NCBI GenBank assembly: GCA_965112735.1 | Contig: OZ218959.1 | Coordinates: forward strand, 1,984,001 to 2,048,000 | DNA from: Phaeosaccion multiseriatum | Taxonomy: Eukaryota; Protista; Ochrophyta, other classes | Length of the DNA: 64,000 bases | Reading direction: 5' to 3' | Part shown: positions 49,695 through 60,669 of the stretch, one piece after another | How positions within the stretch are numbered: the first letter of the stretch is position 1 | How the letters are laid out: each line of letters starts with the position of its first letter | Program-made: the position numbers and the translations under genes | Notes under the pieces: model-generated | Databases searched by the model: none | The model's input: the letters and a program-made list of their open reading frames with translations, nothing else | What the model was told of the DNA's origin: nothing

Positions 49695-50256
49695 AAGTAT
49701 GAATAACAAAACAAACGTCCTTGTGAAGAGGCAACAACAGCGCACCATGCCTGCTTCGCACCTTTCTAATGCGGTCGAAGAGCTTCCTCCTCTGCTGCGG
49801 CGTGAGTGCCTTGGAGTCATCGAAGCCCGCCTTCTTGAGCTCCTCGTCATCCTCGACGGCCCAGTATGCGGCACCATAGGTCATGGGGCCCAGCACTGAG
49901 CCCCTCCCCGCCTCGTCAACACCCAGGACCACACCCTCCCCCCCTTCTCGAAGGCAGCTGGACGGAACAGGGCTAACGAACAGTGTGGAGGAGAAACAAT
50001 CTAATGCAAACTTGTCGCCCCTTGAGTCCAACGTGTTGCCAGCCTTTGCATCATCTGCCTTCTCGTCTTCCTCTCCGCCTATAACTTCCTTCTCCTCCAC
50101 CTCTCCTGAATCGCGTCCTTGACCATCGCCATCGTCAGCATCAGTCTCGTTGTTTGACCAGCTCTTCTGCCCCTCCTTGTTGTCTGCTACCACTTCGGCT
50201 ACTGAATCATCCTTTTCTTTTGGTCCTCCCCTAAACGCATCGGCCGCTGGAGCCAT
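47777..50256 (-). CDS. RNASEH2A: Ribonuclease H2 subunit A (4 exons)
   Basis: VLGVDEAGRGSVLGPMTYG, GFDDSKAL, SLNAISHD, KVFVDTVG, KADSLYKSVSAASICAKVLRD, YGSGYPSDP, EPVFGYPDVCRFSWST. Confidence 0.95.
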
Positions 50257-50586
50257 GCTCCCCTTTGAAGGGTCCAGTTGAAAAAACAGAAAAGGTTAAC
50301 GCTGCTGCTGCTGGTCGCTGCTGCTGCCGCCGTTGCAGCTGCTGCCGCTGCTGTTTCTGCTGCTACTAATTTTCTTTTTAACTTAAGCTACTATCTATGC
50401 ATGGCGCTGTACGGTGTACGGGAGAGAGTGGGGGAGGAGGGAAGGGGAGAGAAGTTCGATTTCAAACGACCTTTGACTTAGGTGCAAAAACATCCCAACG
50501 CAGAAATCCGCCCCCATTCTCACCTCCTCGTTACCTGCAGGAACAGACGCCCGCTACAGCGCCTGCCAGGAGGAATAGCAACGACA

Positions 50587-52948
50587 ATGGAGGGAGAAGC
50601 AGTCGCAGCAACACCGAAGGCGGAAGAGCTGGATGTCAAGGTCCCTACGTTGGAGGAGATCGGAAAGGCAGTGGAGGATGAGCTCAAGACGGCGGACATA
50701 GAGACTTTGACTATCAAGCAAGTCAGAGTGAACGTAAGTTAGGGGAATGTATACCGAAAGTACACCCTCTCGCAACATTTGCAGAGACCTTCATCCCCTC
50801 CTCTTGAACTCCCCCCCTCACGGAACTTTACTCTGGTTCTTCCCCTCCCGCCCCTCAGCTGGAGAGCAAGTTCGGCTGTGACTTGAAGCCTTTCAAAGCC
50901 TTCATCAAGGAAGAGCTGCAGAGGCTAATGGACGCCGGAGAAGCCGCAGCGGCGGAGAAAGAGGAGGACGAGGAAAAGGGCGCAGCGGAGACAACCTCGT
51001 CGAGCGACGAGGACTCGGATGACGACGATCTTCCCCCCGCATCCGAGAAGAAGAAGAAGAAGAGGGGAGGGGGGGCATTTGGGTCCACACCGCTTCAGCT
51101 CAGTGCGGAGCTGTTCGACTTCATATCAGGCGAGGGGCTTTCGGTGAGTGAGACGAGGGACCAAAGGGGGGGGGAAGAAGCCAAAGCCTGGTCACAATTG
51201 AGATGGCTCTGGCGTGCTTCAGACATGTCTTTCTTTGCCCTTGTTTGTGTGAAGTATGGCACTCTCACTAGCTAAGACCCCCCCACTCGCCCACGATAAT
51301 CTGATCAGGCCCTTCCTCGCTGTCTTGCTGTCTGTCCCCGCTCTCTCTCTCTCGACCTCGATCTCGACCTCTCGACGAAAATGTGTGTTTCGTCTTTCCC
51401 CGCTTTTTCCCCGCCCCGTCTTTGCCCCTCCCAGAACGAGTCAACCCTTGCCCGCTCCGACGTGATCAAGCACCTCTGGGCATACATCAAGGCCAACCAG
51501 CTCCAGGACCCAACAGTAAGTCAGTGCATGCATGGACTGGGCAAAAAAGTAGAGACGACAGCCATATTCTTTCTCAGATGAAACGGCTGTGCTGTGCTCG
51601 ATGTCCTCAAAGTTCAATGCCTGATAGTACACATTTTCTCTCTCCCTCTCCCTCTCTCCCCCACGGCCCCCCTCCCCCCCTTCCCTCTCTCCCTCTCTCT
51701 CACGATCTCTCCTCTCCCCAACTTTCGACCTATTGTCTCCTTGTGGTCGCACCCTCCCTCCCTCCATCATTTGGGACAACCACCGCCGCACACCCTCACC
51801 CACATCCACACACCCACAGAACGGCCGAAAAATCGTCAACGACGACAAGCTGCAGGCGGTCTTTAAATGCAAGAAGATGGACATGTTCTCAATGCAGAAG
51901 AAGCTCTCTGCGCACCTCAAGAACCAGGGAGACTTGGTGTCAGGACCGGGGGAGGAGGGCGCCGCCGCTGCTGCGGAAGAGGGCGGTGATGGTGATGGGG
52001 ATGGCACGGGGGACGAGCGGGGGGAGAAGGAGGAGGGGGAGGACGAGGCCCCTCCCAAGAAGAGGGCAAGAAAGGTGAGAGGGGAGAGGGGAGAGGGGAG
52101 AGGGAAGTGGTGGCACTGTGGCTCGCTCGAGGAGAGCTCTGCTGAAGCAACGTCTCTTGCCAGCGATATAGACGGTTCCAGAGAGAGAGAAGAGAGGCTT
52201 GTTAGTCTGATGACCCAACTCCACCCCTCACTTGTCCTATTTTGTTGTTCTTGCTGCAGCCGACGAAGAAGAAGGCAGCAGAAGAAGAGGAAGCAGCCGA
52301 AGAGGGCCCATCCAAGGGCAAGGCCAAGGGCAAGGGCAAGAAGAAAAAGAAGGCGGTGGATCCAAACGCGCCCCCCAAAGTGATCAACCATCCCAAGTAC
52401 CACCTCTCCGAGCACCTCTCGAAAGTTGTGGGCAGCCCCATCATGTCTAGACCGGAGGTATGTGTGTGTATGTGTGTGTGTGAGTATATGTTGATGTGTA
52501 TGTGTGTATGTGTGTTCGTGTTGGTGTCCGTGTGTGTATGTGTGCGTGTGTGTTGGCGTGGTATGTATTCGTGTGTGTGTGTGCGTGTGTGTGCTGCGTG
52601 TGTGTGTGCGCATCGTAGGGGGGGTGGGTTGTGAATGGGGCAAGAGTGTTGCGGGCTGCTTTACTGCCGCGGCCGCTGCGGCTGCCCCCCTCTACCTTCT
52701 TGCTGACTTTTCACAGCGTCGCCTTCGGCCCTCCTCTTACCCTCTCCGCCCCCTCCCCCCTCCAACAGATCATCAAGCAGCTTTGGGTGTACATCCGTGC
52801 CAACGGTTGCCAGAACCCCTCCGACAAGCGAGAGATTATTTGTGACGCCAAGTTGCGGGCCGTGTTTAGCGGAGAAGACAGCGTGACCATGTTCTCTATG
52901 AACAAGTACATCAGCGCTCATGTGATGGACAGAGTTCAAACCACCTAA
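50587..52948 (+). CDS. DEK-C + double SWIB/MDM2 domain protein (UAF30/Tri1-like)
   Basis: DEK-C: EIGKAVEDELKTADIETLTIKQVRVN|LESKFGCDLKPFKAFIKEE; SWIB1: LQLSAELFDFI...ARSDVIKHLWAYIKANQLQDP|NGRKIVNDDKLQAVF...MFSMQKKLSAHL; SWIB2: SRPE|IIKQLWVYIRANGCQNPSDKREIICDAKLRAVF. Confidence 0.88.
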
Positions 52949-53199
52949 GTTTTATCTAGATTGGCTGGTATCGTAGAGCTCATGTGCGCTGAGAATGCTG
53001 GGGGTTGCTTGACGTCTGTCCACTCTGAGTATGTGTGTTAGGAAGGTTGATTATTCACTTAGTTGAGGCTGCTCTCGGCACAGCTTAGCCTCAAACCTTG
53101 ACTGCTTGGGGTGGCTTAGGGTTTGGTTTGTCCACCGTGGTGTCTTGCTTTGATAGTCGTTGCAGAGGGTGGGAGGTTCAATTGATTACTCTACAAGTT

Positions 53200-54400
53200 G
53201 GTTCTACAAGTTGGCTGGTCTGGGGCTCATGCTCACGAGGCAGCACCGCAGCAGCAGCAGCAGTTGGCAACCGAAGCAGCAGTTGGTAGTACAGCAGCAG
53301 GAGGAGTGATCGTGGGTAGAGGGCTCGGAGCAGCATGGACAATGCCTCAATGCTTCCGTGGTTCATGATGCCCGAGGACGCTGACCTCCGCTCGGTAGGT
53401 ACATGCCCTGCAACTAAACGGAGGATATAGCATATCAAGTCAACGGCACTTGGAAGGAGGAAGACAGGAGGGCGTGCACGATGATGAAGGAGTGATTCCG
53501 GCCCCTCTTTTGGACAGACCAACATTAGTCTGGTGTGCCCCGTAGTGGGCCTGAGATTGTGGATGGATATTTTTATCATTTGGTTTGATTACTCCCCCTG
53601 CCTTGTTGGTCGGCCGAAGAAGGAGCCACGCACCAGCCCCCCTTCACGCTTCGGCTGAGGGCCCTGGCCAGGCACTTCTCCCTTTCGACCTGCTCTGGGA
53701 TCGCTTTCAGGCGTTCCAGAAAGTCTGTCCTCGCCTTCGACGTGAGGAGCTTGGTCAAGCGCTTCTGGGCCCCTCGCCTTTCCCCGTGTCGGCTCTGTGG
53801 GATGGAGGGTCCACCCCCGTCCAACATCTTCGTCTCCTCTGTCCGCCAGCGTGTCTGGCCTCCCTCATCACCGTCGTCAGCTCCTGCTTCCTCTTCATGT
53901 TCTCCCCCTGGGTCTTCGTCACACCCACTCGACCCCTGACGCACTATCGCCAACATTCTCGATAGCGGATAGCGGATAGTGCGTCAGGGGTCGATCTCCA
54001 TCACCCACCCCCTGGGTCTGCATCGCGATCTGTTGTTGGCTCATCTGCGATCCCCTGCTGCACCCTCTCTTGCCGTCGCACTCCTCTCCCAGCTGCGTCG
54101 CACCCCACCCCAGGTTGTACCACTTCGGCCTAGAGTCGCCCTCTCTCTCGTCTGAGTCTGCTCCATCACCCTCTCGGACAGTGTCCCGCCCCCCCCGGGA
54201 AGCAACAAATTGCCATTGGTGGCCAGGCCAGTGATGTCCACTGTGACCGGCTCTGTGTTGGGCAGCTTGCAGGGGTCTATGCTTCTTACTGACTGTCATG
54301 CCGTTTCCCTTTCGAACAGGGTAGCGTGAAGTGAGCGTGTTGTGCTGTAAGTCGTCGAGGTGCAATGTTCCCCGGGCTGACGGGGCGGTGGGACGTTACT
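53200..54400 (-). mobile_element. Degenerate, 5'-truncated CRE-clade-like non-LTR retrotransposon remnant
   Basis: Motif relics in the correct order on the minus strand: HLDDL (RT YxDD-like, ~54348-54365), ERATLGRSGTTWGGVRR (ATLP..GGLG.R-like), QKRLTKLL...ARALSRSVK followed, after removing one G in the 53637-53642 run, by GAGAWLLLRPT; multiple frameshifts. Confidence 0.6.
53929..53994. repeat. Perfect 20-bp inverted repeat (hairpin) with a 26-nt loop
   Basis: tcgacccctgacgcactatc (53929-53948) / gatagtgcgtcaggggtcga (53975-53994). Confidence 0.9.
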
Positions 54401-54508
54401 TTTAGACACCTAGCCTAGATGGCACCAAAAATTATGTTCCCCCCCCTTCACTTCACGTTCCGCCCCGTCCCTTCTCTCATTCTTCGGGAAGGGAAGAAAG
54501 CTTCCAGA

Positions 54509-55852
54509 ATGGAGGACATACAGGCGAGCATTGCAGAAGTGAGTCGTAAGGAAGAGGCAGTGGAGCAGGCGTTGAGCGGGCAGGGCAGCTACTTGGGGCT
54601 GAGTTTGGGAGAAGTAAGGAAGGAGCTACTCATGCACCTTCAAGCTTTGAGGGATGAGAAGATGCAGCTGAGGGATCAAGAGATGGAGAATGCGGAAGAG
54701 AAGGCTGCCGAGAGGGCCTTTGAGAGAGAGAAGGAGCTCCTCCTCCTCCGCCTCCAAGCGCAACAATCCGCAGCAACCAGAAGCCGCAGCCCCCACAGTC
54801 CGGACGCCGACGTGGAGGAGGGGAAGACTGGGAGAGACAGGAGGGGGGGCAGAAAGTGGCGACATGTAACCTCAGGAGGAGGGGGTAGAGGGGGCGGACG
54901 TGCTGCCTCTCATCGACTTCCCCTTCCTGGCTCGGCCGCCTGTGCAAGCGCCTTTGGTATGGAGGGGGTGTATGCAAAGGTGATGGAGCTCGTGGGAAAG
55001 GGGGAGTACGCTTTCGTCGCGACGGTGTGCTGGAAGTGGAGGGAATCCTACATCGTTGAGCACGCAGCCAAGACGAGCCATGCAAGAGTAGTTGCCTCCA
55101 TTGAGCGTGTGCACTGGGCCAGGAGGCACGGTTACGAGCTTACAGTCGAGACGTTCAGGGCTGCTGCTCAGTATGGAGATGTGAGCATCTGCAAGGCTCT
55201 TTTTCACATGGGTTGTCCCTGGGACGAGTATGTGTGCAGTGGGGCAGCTTCCAACGAGCGGCACAGCCTGAGTGTGCTCAAGTGGCTGCGCTCAGAGGAC
55301 TCGGCTGACGCCAAAGAGGTGAAATGCCCATGGAGGCCGAGGGTCTGCGCTACTGCTGCGTCGAGGGGGGACTTGCAGCTGCTGGAGTGGCTTCTATCGG
55401 ATGACGTGAACGCTCCCTTTTCGTCAGAGATGTGGAACCATGCTACTGCACGTGGGCATGTCTCTTTGCTGGCATGGCTACTGTGCAATCCCAAAGTTAA
55501 GGCTGAGCTGGAGGGAGCGGAGGAGGGAAGTGCATGGAGGGGGGGACCCTGGATTGCCGCTGCTAACTCCCAACTGGAGACTTTGCGGTGGCTGCACACC
55601 AATGCGCGTGAGCTTGGTGATTGGAACGCTGACGTATGCGCAGCTGCGGTTTATCAGGGCGAGAGCCTGGAAGTGCTGCAGTGGCTCCGCTCAGAGGAGG
55701 TGGGCTGCGCGTGGGATTCTGATGCGTGTCCAGAGGTCGTCAATGCAAGACACGTGGCGGAAGGTTTTCCATGTTACATGAAGGGCCGTGTATTTGAGGA
55801 GATGAAGCAGTGGGTGCATGCCAATGGGCACCCCTGCGACTGCGAAGACTGA
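54509..55852 (+). CDS. F-box-like + degenerate ankyrin-repeat protein (giant-virus/stramenopile 'GCPWD' type) with an N-terminal coiled coil; alternative start at 54419
   Basis: Continuous ORF: VMELVGKGEYAFVATVCWKWRESY, AAAQYGDVSICKALFHMGCPWDEYVCSGAA, AASRGDLQLLEWLL, LETLRWLH, LEVLQWLRSEEVGCAWD, WVHANGHPCDC. Confidence 0.8.
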   Translation: MEDIQASIAEVSRKEEAVEQALSGQGSYLGLSLGEVRKELLMHLQALRDEKMQLRDQEMENAEEKAAERAFEREKELLLLRLQAQQSAATRSRSPHSPDADVEEGKTGRDRRGGRKWRHVTSGGGGRGGGRAASHRLPLPGSAACASAFGMEGVYAKVMELVGKGEYAFVATVCWKWRESYIVEHAAKTSHARVVASIERVHWARRHGYELTVETFRAAAQYGDVSICKALFHMGCPWDEYVCSGAASNERHSLSVLKWLRSEDSADAKEVKCPWRPRVCATAASRGDLQLLEWLLSDDVNAPFSSEMWNHATARGHVSLLAWLLCNPKVKAELEGAEEGSAWRGGPWIAAANSQLETLRWLHTNARELGDWNADVCAAAVYQGESLEVLQWLRSEEVGCAWDSDACPEVVNARHVAEGFPCYMKGRVFEEMKQWVHANGHPCDCED

Positions 55853-56443
55853 AGACCAGGGAGGAAGGTGTGTGGTGCGTGACTTTACTTGCTCGGGGAG
55901 GGAGGCAGAGGAACTCGGTGGCGGACGATTAAGGTAGAGCAGTTGGTGCTGTGTTTACGTCAGGCTGGAGGCACCACCTCACTCGAAGCAGGAGGAGCAG
56001 CTCCTGTAGGTGGAGGAGAGGAAAAGCGCACAGTGCCTCTACGGCTCCATTTACGCACGCCAGAGTACCGCTGCTGAAGGGTGCAATGCAATACTTACAA
56101 TCTTCAAAGCTACAATGAGCAGTCTCTGCCCCCCTCATTTGCGCGTGGCTAGGGAGGGGGAAAGGACAAAAAGGAGGAGGAATGAAAGAAAGTTCGCAGT
56201 TGGTGCTCGAATTCCATCTGTGATTCACTCTCCGACGCTGCTGCATCACAACCAAACACAGAAGAAAGACAAAGAAGACAAAGCCAGCCAACCAGCTAGC
56301 TACCCGCGATCATTAGTCACTTCTTTTCGCCGCTACATTCATATTCATGGCAGAAGCAAAAAGGCAGTAAAAGACCTCCTCATGGAGCTGCTGTCCATGA
56401 GACGTACCGGGCCAGTGCCAAGGCATTGGGGCTAGAGGAAGTC

Positions 56444-57316
56444 ATGCGGAGGGTCATGCTCCTTGTAGGGAAGGGCCACCACGTCTTCGTCGCCACAGTG
56501 TGTAAGGAGTGGCAAGAGTACTACAACGTGGCCCACCCTTCAGCCAAGACGTCCGTCCCGAGCGTGGTGGAGTCTGTCAAGCGCGTGCATTGGGCCAAGC
56601 AGTGTGGGTATGGGCTGGGTGTGAAGACTTTTAGGGCGGCGGCAGAGTACGGAGATGTGAGCATGTGCAAAGAGCTTCATCTTATGCGCTGCCCCTGGGA
56701 TAGAACAGTCTGTGAGGCCACTCTGAAGAATGCCAAGCATGGGCTGCGTATCCTCAGATGGCTGCGATCCGAGGACCTCCCCAAAAAGAGGCGGTGTACT
56801 TGGTCGGAGCATTGGATGGGCGTAGAAGCTGGCAAGTGGGGCAATGTGGAGGTTCTGGAGTGGCTTCTGTCTGACGAGTGCGAGGGCTTCCCGAGCTCAT
56901 GGATGTGGTTAGAAGCTGTGAAGGCTGGTCATCTTGACGTGCTTAAAGTACTTGTGCACCACCCTAAGATCAGAGCGAAGCTGGAGGCGGCAGGGGAACA
57001 CGACCAGTGGAAAAGAGGGGCTCTGTGGGCTGCCCACGCAGGCAATCTGGAAGTGCTGCAATGGCTGTACGTCAACGCCCGCGAGCTGTGCACTTGGGCT
57101 GCAGGTGTATGTTTTTGCGGAGTTTATCATGCCAAGAGCCTCTCTGTCTTGAAGTGGCTCCGATCAGAGGAGGTTATGTGTCCCTGGGACGACAGGGCAT
57201 GCCCACAGATCCTGAAAGACCGCAGTCGTTCTGGCTGGGATATGCTTCCTGCCGCCTTTGAGGAGATGAAGCAGTGGGTACACTCCAACGGACATCCCTG
57301 CAACTGCCAGGACTGA
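56444..57316 (+). CDS. Tandem paralog of the F-box-like/ankyrin-like protein; true 5' end uncertain
   Basis: Collinear with 54959-55852: VMLLVGKGHHVFVATVCKEWQEYY, AAAEYGDVSMCKELHLMRCPWD, LEVLQWLY, FEEMKQWVHSNGHPCNC. Confidence 0.8.
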   Translation: MRRVMLLVGKGHHVFVATVCKEWQEYYNVAHPSAKTSVPSVVESVKRVHWAKQCGYGLGVKTFRAAAEYGDVSMCKELHLMRCPWDRTVCEATLKNAKHGLRILRWLRSEDLPKKRRCTWSEHWMGVEAGKWGNVEVLEWLLSDECEGFPSSWMWLEAVKAGHLDVLKVLVHHPKIRAKLEAAGEHDQWKRGALWAAHAGNLEVLQWLYVNARELCTWAAGVCFCGVYHAKSLSVLKWLRSEEVMCPWDDRACPQILKDRSRSGWDMLPAAFEEMKQWVHSNGHPCNCQD

Positions 57317-58064
57317 GGAAAGGGAGGGGGGCAGGGGCTGAGGGAGCTCTTGGCTCCGCGGCTGCTGCTTCCTTCCCTCGCAGCTCGACCCTGCCGTCGA
57401 GGACTGAGGGCGACCAGAGCTTCGTAGAGGGCGAGTGAGCACAGAGAGCCGCGGCGTAGGCAGGGAAGCGATGCGTCCAAACCAACCCTCTGCGTGGGCT
57501 TGTGCTCGCTTTGCGTTCAGAGGCAAGGTGGGGATCTCTCGTTCAGCTTTGACAAGTCGGAGGCTCGACGAGGGGAGGTGGGGCTATTCCCGGCCCCGCA
57601 TGCCTCGACAAAACAAACAAAAGCCGAAATAAACTCATTCACTTCCACTGCCGGCGATCCTTATTATTGGAGAGGCGAGTTGGAGTCGCATCCTCTCTAT
57701 ACTGTACTTGTACTCGCAGCTCATATCCTCATCTGAATTAGGGCCTTTCACAGTGCGTTGAGTTTCGCTACACACTCCAGCAACCAAGCAGGAGGTATCG
57801 TCGACGACGACGGGCAAACACCCCCCCTCCACACAAGGCAGAGTTCGAGCTGTCTCAGCGTCTTTCTTCCTCCACCATCCTCCTCCTCCTCCTGCTGCTG
57901 CTGCTGCTGCTGCTTTCCGTGCTCCACACAGAGAGAGCGGTGGCAGGCGTGTGTGTGCAGGAGGGCTTTCTCCGTGCAGAACTCCGACCACAGCGACAAC
58001 CAAAAAGCCGCCTCTCCCTCCCTTCCTCCCTCCCTCCCTCCCTTCCTCTCCATCAAACTCAATC

Positions 58065-59048
58065 TCACGACTTCTTCCTCTTCCTCCTCGTGCCCTGCGC
58101 ACACCACTTCAGAGCCTCTTCGGAGGGAAGCATGTTTCTCCTCTTCATAGCGTCGATAACCACCCTACCCGCCTGCATCCCCTTGCTCTTGGAGGCAGTT
58201 ATGATGGCTGAGTTGTACGCCTCCTCGCTGGCCACAAGGCCTCGATCTTGCAGGCGCCTCAGCAGGAAGATCGCCATGTCCCACTCCTTCAGCTCCCCAC
58301 ACGAAATGATGGCAGCACTGAGACAGAACGGGGGCGACGAGATATATGGCAGGCACGTCAGAAAGCCAGGCAGATAGAGGCACGTGGGCGTATAGAGTGC
58401 ACGTCGTGTGGTTGCTGCGCTGCATATGCAGGTTTCGGTGATTGGTGGGAGAAGCAGAAGGCGTCAGAGTGATGCTGTAGACCAGTGAGGCCCCCTGTCT
58501 TTGCCCCCCCCCCCAACCCCCCCTCCCACCACCCTCCGTCCCTACATTACCGCATATCAACTCACCAGGAGCCACGCAAGTCCGTCTCGATGCCCTTCTT
58601 GGTCATCTCCTGCAGCTTCTTGAGCACGAACATGTGCATGCCCTCCTTCTGCGCCAGGTGCAAAACCACCCCATAACACACCGAATCCAGGTCCTGCAGG
58701 TAGCCTCGGTGGTCTCGCATCGTTTCCCACCGACCCAGTGCCCTCATGCACCATACTCGATCGTCGGCTCTCAGACAGCACAGGAGGAGCTCGCGCAGCG
58801 ATTGGAGAGTGGCCTTCTGCCCGAGCGCTGCCATATCGTAAATCATTCCGCATGCCTCGCCCCGCAAGTCGTGCTTTGCAAAGACTTCCATGGCTGCGTT
58901 GTGGGCCTCGGTGGTGGGCTCCACGTCCTTCTCCCTCATCTCCTCCACGAGACGCAGAGCTTCATCGCAGTCTCCGGTGGCCACGCAGCACTCCAGCAAC
59001 GGCCCGTAGTAGCTGCCACTACCAATACTACTACTGCTGCTGCTACTG

Positions 59049-59087
<39 letters not shown>

Positions 59088-60460
59088 TGTACGCCCAACT
59101 CCTGCATTTGGGCCACCACCCGTCTCGTCTCTTCCACCAGACCTTGCCTCGCGCAAGCATGCGCAGCCGCCAGGAAGCACGCCTCGTCAGGACTGGGGAC
59201 AGCCCTCAGCGCTGCCAGCACCTCTGACGTCTGCCCTTCCCCGGCTCCGTAGGCCCTGATGACAGCCGCGTGGCAGGCGTTGCTAGGCTCCACGCCATGT
59301 TGAGGCATGTCTTGTGTCAAGATGCGAGAAGCGTGGGACGCGGCGGTGTTGCGAGTTTCTCCACTCCTACCACCACCACCACCACCACCACCATCAGCAG
59401 CTGCAGCAGTATCAGAGGCAGCTATAGAGGCGCAGGCGGAGAGGGCGGCTTCGAACACGTCCACGGTCGGCTTCACTCGGCCTTCGTCGTACACACGCTG
59501 CAGAATCATCCCCACCAGCTCAGCATCGGTAGCGCTCGTCTGAGCCTCTCCCTCCTCCACAGTAGCATCCGCAGTTGGGAACAGAGTAGCCAAAATTTCG
59601 ACGTCTGCCCGCACCAGCTTCTTCTTGGGTGAACCTTTCCGGGGCCCCACTCGCGGAGCACACGCCAAGAGGGCGTCGACATACACCTTCACGTACTCCG
59701 GCGCCACCTCATCACCACTGCTGCTATTGCCAGCCTGGTCTTTAACGATCAAGTCTAGCATACGGAGGGCGTTCCTTCCCTGCCCGCCGCACTCTTTGAG
59801 GGCGCGCATAGCCGCGGTGTACAGCGGCAGGTCTACCTCCAGTCCTTCTGTCTTTGCGGTCGCCAGCGCACTCCACACCTCCATCTGCCGGCCGCGCTGC
59901 CCGGCGATGAACAGCTCTCGACTCAGCCATCGCTTGAGCTCCCTCTTTCTGTCCTGCTTCTCAGCCTCAATGCGCTGCTCCCTCGCAGCTCTGCGCTGCT
60001 CCAACTCCTCGGGAGACGGCCGTGGCCTCCCTCCCTTGTCTCCCTCGTCATCAACATCACCATCTGCCGCATCTGCCGCAGCAGCATCACCCTCTGTCCC
60101 TGATCCGTTGTCTGTGGTCATGCAGAGTCGCTGGCAAAGTAAGTACTCCCTCTCGTCCCTCATTCTCGGCCGAAGTCGAGTGCCCATGCTCCCATCCGCT
60201 CGTGAGGCGATTCCTCTGCTGCCGCTGCTGCCGCTACTGCTACTGCAACCACTCCAACAGCTAGCCCTCACCCCCACTAAACCCCCCCTGCTGCCGCTAT
60301 GAAACCCGTTCTTGCTGGTCCGTACTGCTGCAGCCCCTCCTCTTCCTGGTGAGGCTGAGTATGGCGATGATCCTCTTGGCACAGTCGCTGCTGCTGCTCC
60401 CCACGCACCTCGCACAGCTAGTGCTTCGCTTCCAAGGGAAGCAACTCTACGTCGCAACAT
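58065..60460 (-). CDS. Pentatricopeptide-repeat protein, predicted mitochondrial (2 exons)
   Basis: Arg/Ser-rich presequence; PPR units LYTAAMRALKECG, VFEAALSACA, GVEPSNACHAAVIRAYG, YGPLLECCVATGDCDEALRLVEEMREKDVEPTTEAHNAAMEV, SEEAYNSAIITASK; intron ~58566-58318. Confidence 0.85.
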
Positions 60461-60669
60461 CTCCCCCAGTGCCTGACGAAGCAGAGAGGAGCCAAGGACA
60501 AGCGTAGGGACAGATACAAGAGGGAGAAGAGGAGAGGAAGGGAGGGATAATTGCCCCGGTGGGTACGTTTTTTTTCTTTTCGTTTTCTTTACTAAGCAAT
60601 CTCGTTACAGATTTTTCTTGCCTCACCAAGCACACAAGGGAGTGGCAAGATCGAATGGGCTTTGCCACG

